A stretch of DNA of 64,000 bases. Source: an uncultured Gammaproteobacteria bacterium. Lineage in GTDB: Bacteria > Pseudomonadota > Gammaproteobacteria > JACCXJ01. The translations under genes were made by a program, and so were the position numbers. Below are positions 12,310-22,584 of the stretch, piece by piece (positions within the stretch are counted from its first letter, which is position 1; each line of letters starts with the position of its first letter). The notes beneath the pieces are model-generated. The model was not told where the DNA came from. It did not search any database and was given only the letters and a program-made list of their open reading frames with translations. The stretch lies in contig CAVXTM010000010.1 of the NCBI GenBank assembly GCA_963764725.1, positions 207,989 to 271,988 on the forward strand, given 5' to 3'.

Positions 12310-14676
12310 ATGTTGCGAAATATCTTAAATATTTTCATTGTAACCTTGCTGTTTTCAGTGCTCGCGCTGGGTGCATTACTTACCTACCTGATACCGCGCC
12401 TGCCATCGATAGAGACTTTGAAAGACATCCACTTACAGGTACCACTCAAGGTCTACTCACGTGATCTATCATTACTGGCCGAGTTTGGCGAAACCCGGCG
12501 CGCACCCATGCAACTCAAGGACTTACCCCAGACACTGATCAACGCCGTGCTGGCCGCCGAAGACGATCGTTTTTTCCGGCATCCGGGAGTCGATTGGCGA
12601 GGTATCCTGCGGGCCGCGATCCAGTTGCTCTTAACGGGAGAGAAGATCCAAGGCGGTAGCACCATTACCATGCAGGTCGCACGTAACTTCTTTTTGACAC
12701 CTGAAAAGACATATTTACGTAAAATAAATGAGATACTGCTTGCATTGAAGATAGAACGCGGGCTTACAAAAAAAGAGATCCTAGAGCTATACCTGAACAA
12801 GATTTATTTCGGTCATCGGGCTTATGGCGTAGCCGCCGCCGCTCATGTTTACTACGGCATGGATGTGCAAAACTTGGGCCTACCCGAACTTGCGATGATC
12901 GCGGGTCTGCCGAAGGCGCCGTCGAAGCTCAACCCGATTACCGATTCGGAACGCGCCGTTGAGCGGCGTAATTTTGTCTTAAGGCGTATGCGGCATCTGG
13001 AGATGATCTCAAAGCTGGACTATCGCGCCGCGAAGCTCACCAAGGATTCCGCGAGCTTGCATGGACAAGCGGTCGAGATAAATGCCTCCCATCTAGCGGA
13101 GATGGTGCGCGTCTACATGGTGGAGCACTTCGGTAAGCAGGTTTACAACGCCGGCTACCGGGTGGTGACGACGATAAGCGATCGGCTACAGGCCGCGTCT
13201 ACCCGGGCGCTTCGGCGCGGTTTGCTGCGTTATGATCAGCGGCACGGTTATCGTGGCCCCGAGCAGCGGCACCCTTCGTCGAATTCCGTGACCGAGGCTG
13301 AATGGACCCGGATTTTACAAGGATATTCGAGTATCGGGGACTTACGTGCGGCGTTAGTCATCGCCGCGACCGATACATCGATCACGGCGTTTACCTTGGA
13401 CGCAGGGCTCATCACGGTCGATTGGGACGGGCTCGCCTGGGCGAGTAACCGCGCGGGCGCACGGGTGGCGAAACGAGCCCGCGATCTTCTCTCGCCAGGA
13501 GATGTGGTGCGGGTCGAAGCGATCGAGAAGGGCGGGTTTAGATTGGCTCAGGTGCCTGCGGTTGAAGGCGCTTTCGTGGCGCTCGACCCGCGTGACGGCG
13601 CAATCTTGGCGCTTTCGGGCGGATTTGATTTTTCTCAGAGCAAGTTTAACCGGGTGACACAAGCGCGGCGTTTGGCAGGGTCCGGATTTAAACCGTTTAT
13701 CTACTCGGCGGCGCTGGCATCCGGATATACGGCGGCAAGCATCGTCAACGATACCCCGTTTGTGTTCTATGACCCGGCGCTCGACCGTGTTTGGCGTCCG
13801 GAGAATTACACCCACAACTACATGGGCCCCATGCGTTTGCGCGAAGCACTAGCGCTATCGCGTAATCTCGTGTCGGTCCACTTGCTGCAAGCGATCGGTG
13901 TCAACAAGGCCGTTAATCATATAAAAAGATTCGGTTTTGACAAGCACTACCTGCCGCGTAACCTCTCCTTGGCCTTAGGTACGGCGGAGGTCACTCCGCT
14001 CGAGCTTGCGAGAGGATACGTCGCCTTCGCGAACGGCGGATTTCGCGTCGATCCATACTTCATCGAGCGTATCGAGAACGACCGGGGCGAGATCATTATG
14101 AGCCGCGGATCGGTGATCCTATGTGAATCATGCGACCAGCAAGCTCCGGTAGTGAGCGCACTAACGGGAACCGCCGAGCGGGGTGTTCGCGTCATCAACG
14201 CGCAGAATGCCTGGATTATGACCTCAATGATGCAGGAAGTAATGCGGACCGGGACGGCGAAAGCGGCCTTGGCCTTGAATAGAACCGACATCGCGGGGAA
14301 GACCGGAACCACCAATGACCATAAGGACACGTGGTTCTCCGGGTTTAACCAGCAGATCGTTGCGACGGCTTGGGTAGGATTCGATCAGGCCAGATCGCTC
14401 GGTCCGAAGGAAACCGGTGCGCGGGTCGCGCTGCCGATCTGGATGGAGTTTATGCAGACGGCGCTGGCGGGAACGCCCGATTCCATAGCGCCCGAACCCC
14501 CGGGCTTGGTCACCGTGCGCATCGATCGCGACACCGGTTTACTGACGAACGCCGGCAATCCACGGGCAATGTTTGAAGTCTTCCGCTTGGAGAATACTCC
14601 AAGCGAGCCCGGCGACGGCCCTGCTTGGGACCGCGGTGCCCCCGATACGGCGGCGCTACCCGAGCAACTGTTCTAG
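12310..14676 (+). CDS. mrcA: Penicillin-binding protein 1A
   Basis: Transglycosylase motifs EDDRF and QGGSTITMQ; transpeptidase motifs SGFK, SRN, KTG; divergent from pilM as usual. Confidence 0.97.
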   Translation: MLRNILNIFIVTLLFSVLALGALLTYLIPRLPSIETLKDIHLQVPLKVYSRDLSLLAEFGETRRAPMQLKDLPQTLINAVLAAEDDRFFRHPGVDWRGILRAAIQLLLTGEKIQGGSTITMQVARNFFLTPEKTYLRKINEILLALKIERGLTKKEILELYLNKIYFGHRAYGVAAAAHVYYGMDVQNLGLPELAMIAGLPKAPSKLNPITDSERAVERRNFVLRRMRHLEMISKLDYRAAKLTKDSASLHGQAVEINASHLAEMVRVYMVEHFGKQVYNAGYRVVTTISDRLQAASTRALRRGLLRYDQRHGYRGPEQRHPSSNSVTEAEWTRILQGYSSIGDLRAALVIAATDTSITAFTLDAGLITVDWDGLAWASNRAGARVAKRARDLLSPGDVVRVEAIEKGGFRLAQVPAVEGAFVALDPRDGAILALSGGFDFSQSKFNRVTQARRLAGSGFKPFIYSAALASGYTAASIVNDTPFVFYDPALDRVWRPENYTHNYMGPMRLREALALSRNLVSVHLLQAIGVNKAVNHIKRFGFDKHYLPRNLSLALGTAEVTPLELARGYVAFANGGFRVDPYFIERIENDRGEIIMSRGSVILCESCDQQAPVVSALTGTAERGVRVINAQNAWIMTSMMQEVMRTGTAKAALALNRTDIAGKTGTTNDHKDTWFSGFNQQIVATAWVGFDQARSLGPKETGARVALPIWMEFMQTALAGTPDSIAPEPPGLVTVRIDRDTGLLTNAGNPRAMFEVFRLENTPSEPGDGPAWDRGAPDTAALPEQLF

Positions 14677-14679
14677 TTT

Positions 14680-15300
14680 ATGGCAAGCGGCGCGAACGGT
14701 TCACAGAACCGCAGGCGTGTCGCCGAACTGGCCGCCCGCATCATGGCAGATGAAGGCGTCGAGCATTACCATCTGGCCAAGCGCAAGGCGGCCGATCGGC
14801 TGGGTATCAAGGCAACTCGCGAGGTCCCCGATAACAGCGAGATCGCCGCTCTCCTGAGCGCCTATCAGCGGCTGTTTCAGGCGCAGAGGCAGCCCCGATG
14901 GTTGCGCGCGCAACGGGAAACGGCACTGGAAGCCATGCGCCTGCTGCGTCGATTCGACCCCATGTTGGCCGGTCCCGTGCTGGATGGATCCGCGGCACGC
15001 CAGGCCATCGTGTGCTTGCACGTCTTTGCCGAAACGCCGGAAGAGGTGAGTTATGTTCTCCTGGAGCATGCGATTCCGTTTACGGTTCATGAACGAACGG
15101 TGCGCCAGAATTCTCGCGAGCGTACAGGATACCCGTGCTTCCGCTTCATGGCAGGCGAAGTCGGTATCGAGTTAGTGGTGTTTCCGCCCATTCTCAAACG
15201 CCAGGCGCCATTGAGTCCGATGGACGGTAAGCCCATGGCGCGCGCCGATTTCGCCTTCGTCGAAGCCCTCGTGCGTCCACCTCGTCAGCGAGGACACTAA
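14680..15300 (+). CDS. Conserved hypothetical protein (N-terminal helical domain, nucleotidyltransferase-like C-terminus)
   Basis: 206-aa ORF tightly packed between mrcA and priA; motifs AARIMA, AKRKAA, GPVLDG recalled from a proteobacterial family found at this position. Confidence 0.75.
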   Translation: MASGANGSQNRRRVAELAARIMADEGVEHYHLAKRKAADRLGIKATREVPDNSEIAALLSAYQRLFQAQRQPRWLRAQRETALEAMRLLRRFDPMLAGPVLDGSAARQAIVCLHVFAETPEEVSYVLLEHAIPFTVHERTVRQNSRERTGYPCFRFMAGEVGIELVVFPPILKRQAPLSPMDGKPMARADFAFVEALVRPPRQRGH

Positions 15301-15312
15301 CCTTAATCTTCG

Positions 15313-17514
15313 GTGCCGGGCCAGATCTTAAGAATCGCCGTTCCCGTGCCGGTCGATCAGGTTTTCGACTACCTACCGCCCTCCGGGGTAGATCTTGCGG
15401 CGTTGCAGCCGGGAATGAGACTGCGGGTACCCTTCGGCCGCAGGTCCGCGGTCGGTATGCTGTTGGCCCTTACGGCCGAAAGTGTCCTTAAAAATCTCCG
15501 GCGCGCCACCGCATTGCTCGACTCTGCTCCGGTGCTGACCGTGCGGCATTTACGTTTGCTCGAATGGGCGAGCCGCTATTATCGCCATCCGATTGGAGAG
15601 GTGATTTTCGCTTCCTTACCTCTGCTGTTGCGGCAGGATCGTCCGCGCAGGCCAAAGACTCTCGATCTCCGCTGGCGGCTCACGCCTGAAGGCGCCGCGA
15701 TTGACCCAGATTGTTTACGCCGGAGCCCGGCCCAAGCCACCCTGATGCAAACTTTACGGCGGCAACCCGAGCGGAAATTGCAGCCTGGCTCGCTCGCGAG
15801 CGCAGCTTCCTGGCGCCGTGCCTTACGCACCTTGGTAGCCAAAGGTTGGGTAGCGCAGGAACCCGCGTCGCTCGCAACGGTCCTTCCCGCGGCCGCGGCC
15901 AGACCACCTACGCTGAACGATGCGCAGGCGTCTGCCGTCGAGCAACTGTGCGCAGGATTGAACCGTTTCGGCGTGTTTCTCTTGGACGGTCTGACCGGTA
16001 GCGGGAAGACGGAAGTTTATTTGCGCGTGATCGAGGAGGTGCTTCGCCGTGGCAGTCAGGCCCTGGTCCTAGTACCGGAAATCGGATTGACCGAACAAAC
16101 CCTGTTGCGGTTTCGCGATCGTTTCGCGGCGCCACTCGCAGTCTTGCACTCAGGACGGCCGAGCGGCGCCCGGCTCGACGAGTGGTGGCAAGCCCGCGAG
16201 GGCGGGGCGCCGATCGTGATCGGAACCCGTTCGGCGGTATGGGCGCCGTTGGCGAAGCCGGGCGTCATCATCGTCGACGAGGAACATGACCTGTCTTTCA
16301 AGCAGCAGGAGGGATTCCGCTATTCCGCCCGGGATATCGCGGTCATTCGCGGCCAACGCGAAAACATTCCCGTGATCCTCGGGAGCGCCACTCCATCGTT
16401 GGAATCGCTGTTCAATGTCCACCGTGGCAAGTACCGGCACCTCCGACTCCGGACGCGGGCAGGGACGGCAACGCCTCCCACGTACGAGGTGGTGGATTTA
16501 CGCGCTGCGCAACTGCGTGAGGGGTTCTCCGCGCCGCTGCTCACAAGGATGCGCGAGCATCTGGATCGCCGCCAGCAGGTGCTCCTGTTCGTCAATCGGC
16601 GCGGCTACGCTCCTCTCATCCTCTGCCACCAGTGCGGATGGACGGCGTGGTGCGAGCGCTGTGATGCGCGCTTGATTTACCACCAGACAGCCAACCGGCT
16701 TGAATGCCACTTTTGCGGGGCGCTAAGTGAACTGAATGCGGCTTGCACGCGCTGCGGCAGCGGCAACCTGCTGAAACTCGGTTACGGGACCGAACGGGTG
16801 GTGGAAGCCGTCAACCGGACGTTTCCCAATGCGCGGGTGCTGCGGATCGATCGCGATATTACCCGCCGGCAAACGGCGTGGCAGACCGCACTGCGCCAGA
16901 TCCGGGACGGTCAGGCCGACGTGCTAGTGGGTACACAGTTGCTGTCGAAAGGCCATCATTTCCCGGGCGTGACTCTGGTCGCGGTTGTGGATGGCGATAG
17001 CCGCCTCTTCGGGGTAGATTTCCGTTCGCACGAACGCTTTGCTCAACAGCTCGTTCAAGTCGCCGGGCGGGCCGGCCGCGCCGATGAACCGGGCACCGTC
17101 GTGATCCAGACCCACCACCCGGCGCACCCCCTGTTGCAAGTGCTCGTGAACCAAGGTTACGGCGCGTTCGCTGCCTTGGCGCTCAAGGAACGGGCAGAGG
17201 CGCGGCTGCCGCCGTGTCAGGCCATGGCGCTCATCCGCGCCGAGTCGGAAAGGCCGGAAAAAGCACGAGCCTTCTTAAATGAAGCGCGAGAAATGGCGCT
17301 TGATCTCATCGCGAACGAGGCCGAGCTGCTCGGACCGGTCCCGGCGCCCATGGAACGACTCGCGGGCCGCTACCGCTGGCAATTGGTCTTGCAAACCCGC
17401 CATCGCGCCCGTTTGCAACGCTTGCTCGATGAGTGGCTCCCCGCTATTCGTAGATTGCGTAGCGGGCGCGCGCTACGCTGGTCGATCGACGTCGATCCCC
17501 AGGAAACGCTTTAA
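15313..17514 (+). CDS. priA: Primosomal protein N'
   Basis: GLTGSGKTEVY, DEEHD, two Cys zinc fingers, QVAGRAGR, WSIDVDP. Confidence 0.98.
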   Translation: MPGQILRIAVPVPVDQVFDYLPPSGVDLAALQPGMRLRVPFGRRSAVGMLLALTAESVLKNLRRATALLDSAPVLTVRHLRLLEWASRYYRHPIGEVIFASLPLLLRQDRPRRPKTLDLRWRLTPEGAAIDPDCLRRSPAQATLMQTLRRQPERKLQPGSLASAASWRRALRTLVAKGWVAQEPASLATVLPAAAARPPTLNDAQASAVEQLCAGLNRFGVFLLDGLTGSGKTEVYLRVIEEVLRRGSQALVLVPEIGLTEQTLLRFRDRFAAPLAVLHSGRPSGARLDEWWQAREGGAPIVIGTRSAVWAPLAKPGVIIVDEEHDLSFKQQEGFRYSARDIAVIRGQRENIPVILGSATPSLESLFNVHRGKYRHLRLRTRAGTATPPTYEVVDLRAAQLREGFSAPLLTRMREHLDRRQQVLLFVNRRGYAPLILCHQCGWTAWCERCDARLIYHQTANRLECHFCGALSELNAACTRCGSGNLLKLGYGTERVVEAVNRTFPNARVLRIDRDITRRQTAWQTALRQIRDGQADVLVGTQLLSKGHHFPGVTLVAVVDGDSRLFGVDFRSHERFAQQLVQVAGRAGRADEPGTVVIQTHHPAHPLLQVLVNQGYGAFAALALKERAEARLPPCQAMALIRAESERPEKARAFLNEAREMALDLIANEAELLGPVPAPMERLAGRYRWQLVLQTRHRARLQRLLDEWLPAIRRLRSGRALRWSIDVDPQETL

Positions 17515-17655
17515 ATCTATTCGCGCGAGGTGCAGCTCTCCCCTTTGGTAGCCGCACGGGTTGCATACCCCGTGGTGGCGAAATCTAAATTGACTCGCGG
17601 ACGTTCCAATGGCATGGGAGGCAAGCTAGAATCCACACTTTTCGCGGGAGTATTT

Positions 17656-19401
17656 TTGAAGAACCTCATCAGAGAGCAGGTGGCCGTGGCGCTCAAGCAA
17701 TTGGATCTGGGCGATGCCGACGGCCATTTGGGAAAGCGCGGGGTGCGCTTTGAACGCACCCGCGATACCCGGCATGGAGACTTCAGCGCCAATGTGGCGC
17801 TCGTAATTGCTAAGGACCTCGGTGTGACGCCGCGTGCCCTGGCAGAACGGATCGTATCGGCCCTGCCTGGATCTCCCAGCATCGATCGCGTCGAGGTGGC
17901 TGGCGCGGGCTTCCTCAATTTCTATATCCGGCCCCACTATTGGCTGGGGATTATTCAACAAGTACTCGCGGAGGGCGATGCCTTCGGGCGTAACAGCATG
18001 GGCGCCGGCGCGAAGATCCAAGTCGAGTTCGTTTCCGCCAATCCGACCGGCCCGCTGCACATCGGACATGGCCGGGGCGCTGCCTATGGCGCGGCGATCG
18101 CCAATCTGCTCGAGGCTAACGGTTATGCCCTGCAGAGGGAATATTATGTCAACGATTCCGGCCGGCAGATGGACATCTTGGCGCTCAGCGTGTGGCTACG
18201 GTATCTTGAGCTTTGTGGGGAAGCGGTGGATTTTCCGGCCGGCGCGTACCAGGGCACCTATGTTATCGAGATCGCCCGCGCACTTTGGCGTGAGGTCCAG
18301 GCTGGTTGCCAATACCCGATTAGCGCCGTTTACGATGGACTGGCGGGGCTAGACGGCGATCCTTTGCTCGATGCTCTCATCGCGCGCGTCAATTCGCTCT
18401 TGGGCCCGGCCAGGTATCGCCGGGTGTTCGATAGTGGATTGAATAGCGTGCTCGCCGGCATTCGCGCCGATCTCACCGAGTTCGGCATACGTTACGACCG
18501 ATGGTTCTCCGAGCGCTCGCTAGCGGAGACCCAGGCCGTCGAGCGGGTGATTGCCAAGCTCCAGTCGCTGGGACGAACCTACACCAAGGACGGTGCGCTT
18601 TGGTTCAATGCGGCGGCCTTCGGAGATGAGAAAGACCGTGTCCTGGTGCGCGAGAATGGCCAGACAACCTATTTTGCCTCCGATGTGGCATACCACACAA
18701 ACAAATTCGAACGCGGATTCGATCGCGTTATCAACATTTGGGGCGCCGATCATCACGGTTACGTGCCGCGGGTGAAGGCCGCCCTCGCGGCGCTTGGGGA
18801 TGATTCGGATCGCTTGGAGGTCTTACTCGTGCAATTCGCGACGCTCTATCGGGGTAAAGAACGCGTGCAGATGTCAACGCGCTCGGGCGAGTTCGTCACG
18901 CTCCGGGAGCTTGTCGATGAGGTCGGTCGGGACGCGGCGCGGTTCTTTTACGTGACGCGGCGTTGCGAGCAGCATCTTGAGTTCGATCTCGATCTCGCCA
19001 AGTCACAGTCAGCCGATAACCCCGTGTATTATATCCAGTACGCGCACGCACGCATTGCGAGCGTCTTCCGGCAACTGGCCGAACAAGGATGGTCGTGGGA
19101 CCGGAAGCGTGGCGAGAACGCGGTAGTGGTCTTGACCGAAGCGCACGAGCAGGGTTTGATCGGTGCCATATCACGTTATCCGGAGATCATTGAAGCGGCG
19201 GCGCGGGAGCGTGAACCGCATCAACTGGCTCAGTACCTGCGGGAGCTGGCGAACGCGTTCCACGGCTATTACAGCGCGCACATGTTCCTGGTCGAGGACG
19301 AGTCACTACGTAATGCCCGCTTAAACCTCATCGCCGCAACCCAGCAGGTCATCCGTAACGGTCTTGCGATCCTCGGGGTGTCGGCTCCGGAGTCGATGTG
19401 A
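17656..19401 (+). CDS. argS: Arginine--tRNA ligase
   Basis: [38 protein letters not shown]. Probable TTG start at 17656 after GGGAG. Confidence 0.97.
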   Translation: MKNLIREQVAVALKQLDLGDADGHLGKRGVRFERTRDTRHGDFSANVALVIAKDLGVTPRALAERIVSALPGSPSIDRVEVAGAGFLNFYIRPHYWLGIIQQVLAEGDAFGRNSMGAGAKIQVEFVSANPTGPLHIGHGRGAAYGAAIANLLEANGYALQREYYVNDSGRQMDILALSVWLRYLELCGEAVDFPAGAYQGTYVIEIARALWREVQAGCQYPISAVYDGLAGLDGDPLLDALIARVNSLLGPARYRRVFDSGLNSVLAGIRADLTEFGIRYDRWFSERSLAETQAVERVIAKLQSLGRTYTKDGALWFNAAAFGDEKDRVLVRENGQTTYFASDVAYHTNKFERGFDRVINIWGADHHGYVPRVKAALAALGDDSDRLEVLLVQFATLYRGKERVQMSTRSGEFVTLRELVDEVGRDAARFFYVTRRCEQHLEFDLDLAKSQSADNPVYYIQYAHARIASVFRQLAEQGWSWDRKRGENAVVVLTEAHEQGLIGAISRYPEIIEAAAREREPHQLAQYLRELANAFHGYYSAHMFLVEDESLRNARLNLIAATQQVIRNGLAILGVSAPESM

Positions 19402-19964
19402 TGTCGCGTCAGCCTGGCAGATCCAGTAGTAACAGAGGCCGGCAACGGGGCTGGCTTTCATTTCTCACCGGCTTGGCCATGGGGCTGTTCGTGGCGTTTC
19501 TCGTGTATCTGCAATCCCTCACGAACGTTAAGGACGCGCGGCCGGACTTTAAACCAGGCGCCGAATCCACGCCGCAAAATCCGGTAATCAAACCAAAATT
19601 CGATTTCTACACGATTCTTCCGGAAATGGAGGTCAAGGTTCCGGACTGGGAAGTGGACGCCCCGCCAGTGCCCGCGCCGCAATCCAAACCGGCGCAAGCG
19701 CCGTCCGATGGGCCCTATTTGATCCAAGTAGGTTCGTTCCAGCGATTTCAGGAGGCCGACAAGATGAAAGCCAGGCTGGCACTGATCGGGATCGCCGCCG
19801 ACATCCAGCGGGTGACGATCAGCGGTACGGATGTGTGGTTCCGGGTGCGGGTCGGCCCGTTCAAAGACCTCAAGAAACTTCAGGGCACCCGCTCTCGCTT
19901 AGCCGAGAACAACATCAATTTCATGCTAGTGCGCATGCGTCCGGGCGAATCCGCGGACGGATAA
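19398..19964 (+). CDS. SPOR domain cell division protein (FtsN-like)
   Basis: TM helix, [12 protein letters not shown] domain (IQVGSF...WFRVRVGPF); usual position after argS. Confidence 0.88.
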   Translation: MMSRQPGRSSSNRGRQRGWLSFLTGLAMGLFVAFLVYLQSLTNVKDARPDFKPGAESTPQNPVIKPKFDFYTILPEMEVKVPDWEVDAPPVPAPQSKPAQAPSDGPYLIQVGSFQRFQEADKMKARLALIGIAADIQRVTISGTDVWFRVRVGPFKDLKKLQGTRSRLAENNINFMLVRMRPGESADG

Positions 19965-19983
19965 CGCGCGGCTGGTCCGGATA

Positions 19984-20090
19984 GGGTCTGCTCCTGAAAT
20001 ATAAAAAACTGAAAAACTGAAATATTCAAGACCAGACCCGTCTGCGGTGCGTTGCGAAATATTAGAAACTGATATTTCAAGACCAGAACC
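19984..20090. repeat. REP-like cluster of TTCAAGACCAGACCC motifs
   Basis: GGGTCTGCTCCTGAAAT (19984-20000) is an imperfect inverted copy of ATTCAAGACCAGACCC (20024-20039); a further direct copy ATTTCAAGACCAGAACCC lies at 20073-20090. Confidence 0.6.
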
Positions 20091-20144
20091 CGGCAGCGCG
20101 TCAGCGCTGAAAGAGGTGTGTCAGGCGGAACGGGAGGATCAGGA

Positions 20145-21011
20145 ATGCAATATGCCTTGGTGAACGGTAACCGCGAGGCTGCCAAGCCAAAGCTTGCCGG
20201 ACTGTGTCTCATATGTGGAAATAAGATGATTGCCAAATGTGGCTCGAAAGTCATTTGGCATTGGGCGCATGAAACGCGAAAACATTGCGACCCGTGGTGG
20301 GAAAATGAGACGGACTGGCATAGGACCTGGAAGGCGTGCTTTCCCGAGCCATGGCGCGAGCAGGTTCATCATGACTCATCGGGCGAAAAGCATATTGCCG
20401 ACGTCGAGACACCAAACGGCACAGTAATCGAGTTTCAGAACTCACCGATACCTCCAGACGAGCTTCAAAGCCGCGAGAATTTTTACGGTCGTATTATATG
20501 GATAGTTAACGGCAGCGGATTTCTCCAGAACTTTCATGTTCTTGGGCGGTTGCCAAAACCCGATGCCGAGTGTGTAAAGGAGATTGTCTTCGTTCGTCAA
20601 CGGCGCGATTGGTATGGACGAGCATTCTGGCGAAAGTCTGAAAACCCTCACGCGAAGCCAGAAGAACCGAACATGGTTAAAGTGCATAGTACCGATAAGA
20701 TCCAAGCGGAGATTGACAAGGACTACATCGGCCATCATCTCTACGACTGGCTGAAGCCGCGCGCTGTGTGGCTAGAAGCCAAGGCGCTTATCTATATCGA
20801 TTTTGGTGGTGACCTCTTGTGGCTACTTAGTCGCTACGATGATCGCGGCTTGCATTGCGTACAAGCTGTCCGCAAGACGTCGGTCATTCAACAGCACGGC
20901 GGAAGTTATATAAATGTTGGGAAGACAGCATCTCTGCCTGGTCGCGTTGCGAGGTTGGGTGCTCCAATCGATAACCATGATTGCGACGTGCTACTGAATC
21001 TTATTCCATAG
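20145..21011 (+). CDS. CoiA-like PD-(D/E)xK nuclease family protein
   Basis: CxxC...C...HWAH zinc motif, ETDWH, HIADV...VIEFQNS nuclease-like core; lower GC than flanks. Confidence 0.8.
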   Translation: MQYALVNGNREAAKPKLAGLCLICGNKMIAKCGSKVIWHWAHETRKHCDPWWENETDWHRTWKACFPEPWREQVHHDSSGEKHIADVETPNGTVIEFQNSPIPPDELQSRENFYGRIIWIVNGSGFLQNFHVLGRLPKPDAECVKEIVFVRQRRDWYGRAFWRKSENPHAKPEEPNMVKVHSTDKIQAEIDKDYIGHHLYDWLKPRAVWLEAKALIYIDFGGDLLWLLSRYDDRGLHCVQAVRKTSVIQQHGGSYINVGKTASLPGRVARLGAPIDNHDCDVLLNLIP

Positions 21012-21031
21012 CGTGAGAAATCGTAGACTGG

Positions 21032-21151
21032 TTAGGCGCGCCGTTCGCGCCGTAACCCGGGGATCTTCGAGCCGCAATTCCCGGGTCGCAAACAACGCTC
21101 AACCCAGGCTACGAGCTCTTCGCTGATGACGTTGGTGTCAACGAGGTACAT
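21032..21151 (-). pseudogene. Truncated PIN-domain (VapC/FitB) toxin
   Basis: Starts MYLVDTNVISE (PIN N-terminal motif), overlaps the antitoxin end and loses the domain after about 20 codons. Confidence 0.75.
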
Positions 21152-21371
21152 GGTCGCGGAAGCGCGTTTCGATGCGCTCGAAGTCAGCGTCCTCGCCCAC
21201 GCCGGGGATGCGAACCAGCACTTCCGCGAACGTTCTTCGACGCGGCCGGAGCAAAGCCTGCGCGAGGATACGGCGATGCTCGGCTTCAGCGCTGGTACCG
21301 TGCCGACCGGCCCGCGCCTTGAGCGCTTGGACGATGTCTTCATCGACGTTGCGGACGATAAGGTTGGCCAT
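21138..21371 (-). CDS. FitA/StbC-like ribbon-helix-helix antitoxin
   Basis: MANLIVRNVDEDIVQALKARAGRHGTSAEAEHRRIL is a typical Arc-like RHH antitoxin start. Confidence 0.88.
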   Translation of the reverse strand: MANLIVRNVDEDIVQALKARAGRHGTSAEAEHRRILAQALLRPRRRTFAEVLVRIPGVGEDADFERIETRFRDHVPR

Positions 21372-21497
21372 GGTGGATCTCCTGTCAGAGTCGAGAGCGA
21401 TAGTGATTGCAATGATAGCGCCCTACGATCTCGCGCTCAAGCCGGTTGCGCTCCCTCATCGGGGGTGAGCGGGGCGAACATCCGTGCCCTTGTGAAA

Positions 21498-21872
21498 CTA
21501 ATCGATCATTAGGAGGGCGGCGGCCACGTTGCGATCTTCGGATAACAAGATAATGTAGCTGCGGCAAGCGGCCGCCGTATCCATCACTTCAAAGCCGATG
21601 CCTGCGCTTAATAGACCGGCGGCGATGTTCGCGGGTGGAAAACGCAACCGCGTTCCGGTTCCGAAGAGGACGATTTCGGGTTTGAGCTCGGCGATCGCGG
21701 TGAAGTGCTCGAGCAGCACCTCATCGAAGCGTTGGGGGGGCCAGTCGCGGAGAAGTTGCGTGGGCGTGATGATGAAGCTTTGCGTCAGGGTCTCCTCGTT
21801 GACCACGATGGCGCCCCGCCGATAGGAGCGGATGGCATAAGCGCCGGGAGGACTCTGGAGATCAAGCCGCAT
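21498..21872 (-). CDS. Mth938-like (DUF498) protein
   Basis: PEIVLFGTG, GFEVMDTAAACRSY...EDRNVAAAL; an alternative start lies at 21899. Confidence 0.9.
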   Translation of the reverse strand: MRLDLQSPPGAYAIRSYRRGAIVVNEETLTQSFIITPTQLLRDWPPQRFDEVLLEHFTAIAELKPEIVLFGTGTRLRFPPANIAAGLLSAGIGFEVMDTAAACRSYIILLSEDRNVAAALLMID

Positions 21873-21895
21873 CGGGATCCTCGGCGAGATCGCAC

Positions 21896-22450
21896 TCACA
21901 CCGGCGCTGGCCGCTTATTGAGCTTGCGCTGTAGCGTTCGGCGGTGCATTCCCAGGCGCCGGGCGGCTTCGGAGACGTTGGCTCCGCACTCGACCAAAAC
22001 ACGCTGAATGTGCTCCCACTCGATGCGATCCATCGAGATCGGGTGCGGCGCAGCCTCGGCGCGGGCGTTGCCGTCGTCGCGGTGGAAGGCCGCCATGATT
22101 TCGTCGGCGTCGGTGGGCTTCGTGAGGTAGTAAGTAGCGCCGAGCTTTATGGCCTCGACGGCCGTGGTAATGCTGGCATAACCCGTGAGCACGACAATCT
22201 TCATGTCGGGATCTTGCGCCCGGAGCCGGGCCACCAGTTCTAGCCCCGAGGGACCGGGCATACGCAGATCGACCACGGCGTAACCGGGCGCATGCTGTTC
22301 GGCCAGCCGTAGACCGTCCGCGACGTTGTGAGCGATGAAGATATCGAGGCCTCGCCGGGCCAGCGCATCGCCCAGAACCTCGCAAAACGCGGGATCATCG
22401 TCCACCAGTATCAGGGAAGGCGCTGCAGCTTCGAGCATGGCATCGATCAT
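21896..22450 (-). CDS. regA: Redox response regulator RegA/PrrA
   Basis: Receiver domain (LVDDD, VVDLRM, LTGYASITTAVEAIKLGA) and signature EWEHIQRVL...NVSEAARRLGMHRRTLQRKL. Confidence 0.95.
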   Translation of the reverse strand: MIDAMLEAAAPSLILVDDDPAFCEVLGDALARRGLDIFIAHNVADGLRLAEQHAPGYAVVDLRMPGPSGLELVARLRAQDPDMKIVVLTGYASITTAVEAIKLGATYYLTKPTDADEIMAAFHRDDGNARAEAAPHPISMDRIEWEHIQRVLVECGANVSEAARRLGMHRRTLQRKLNKRPAPV

Positions 22451-22584
22451 AGCGGCTTCGCGGTCATTAAGGGAATAAGCGACGGCTCGCGTTCTTGTTG
22501 TCCGGTCCTTCTGCTCCGTTTGATATACTGTAAGAGGTGCTTTGGCGCGACTGCTATAACGATCAAAAGTGACCACATTGAGCG

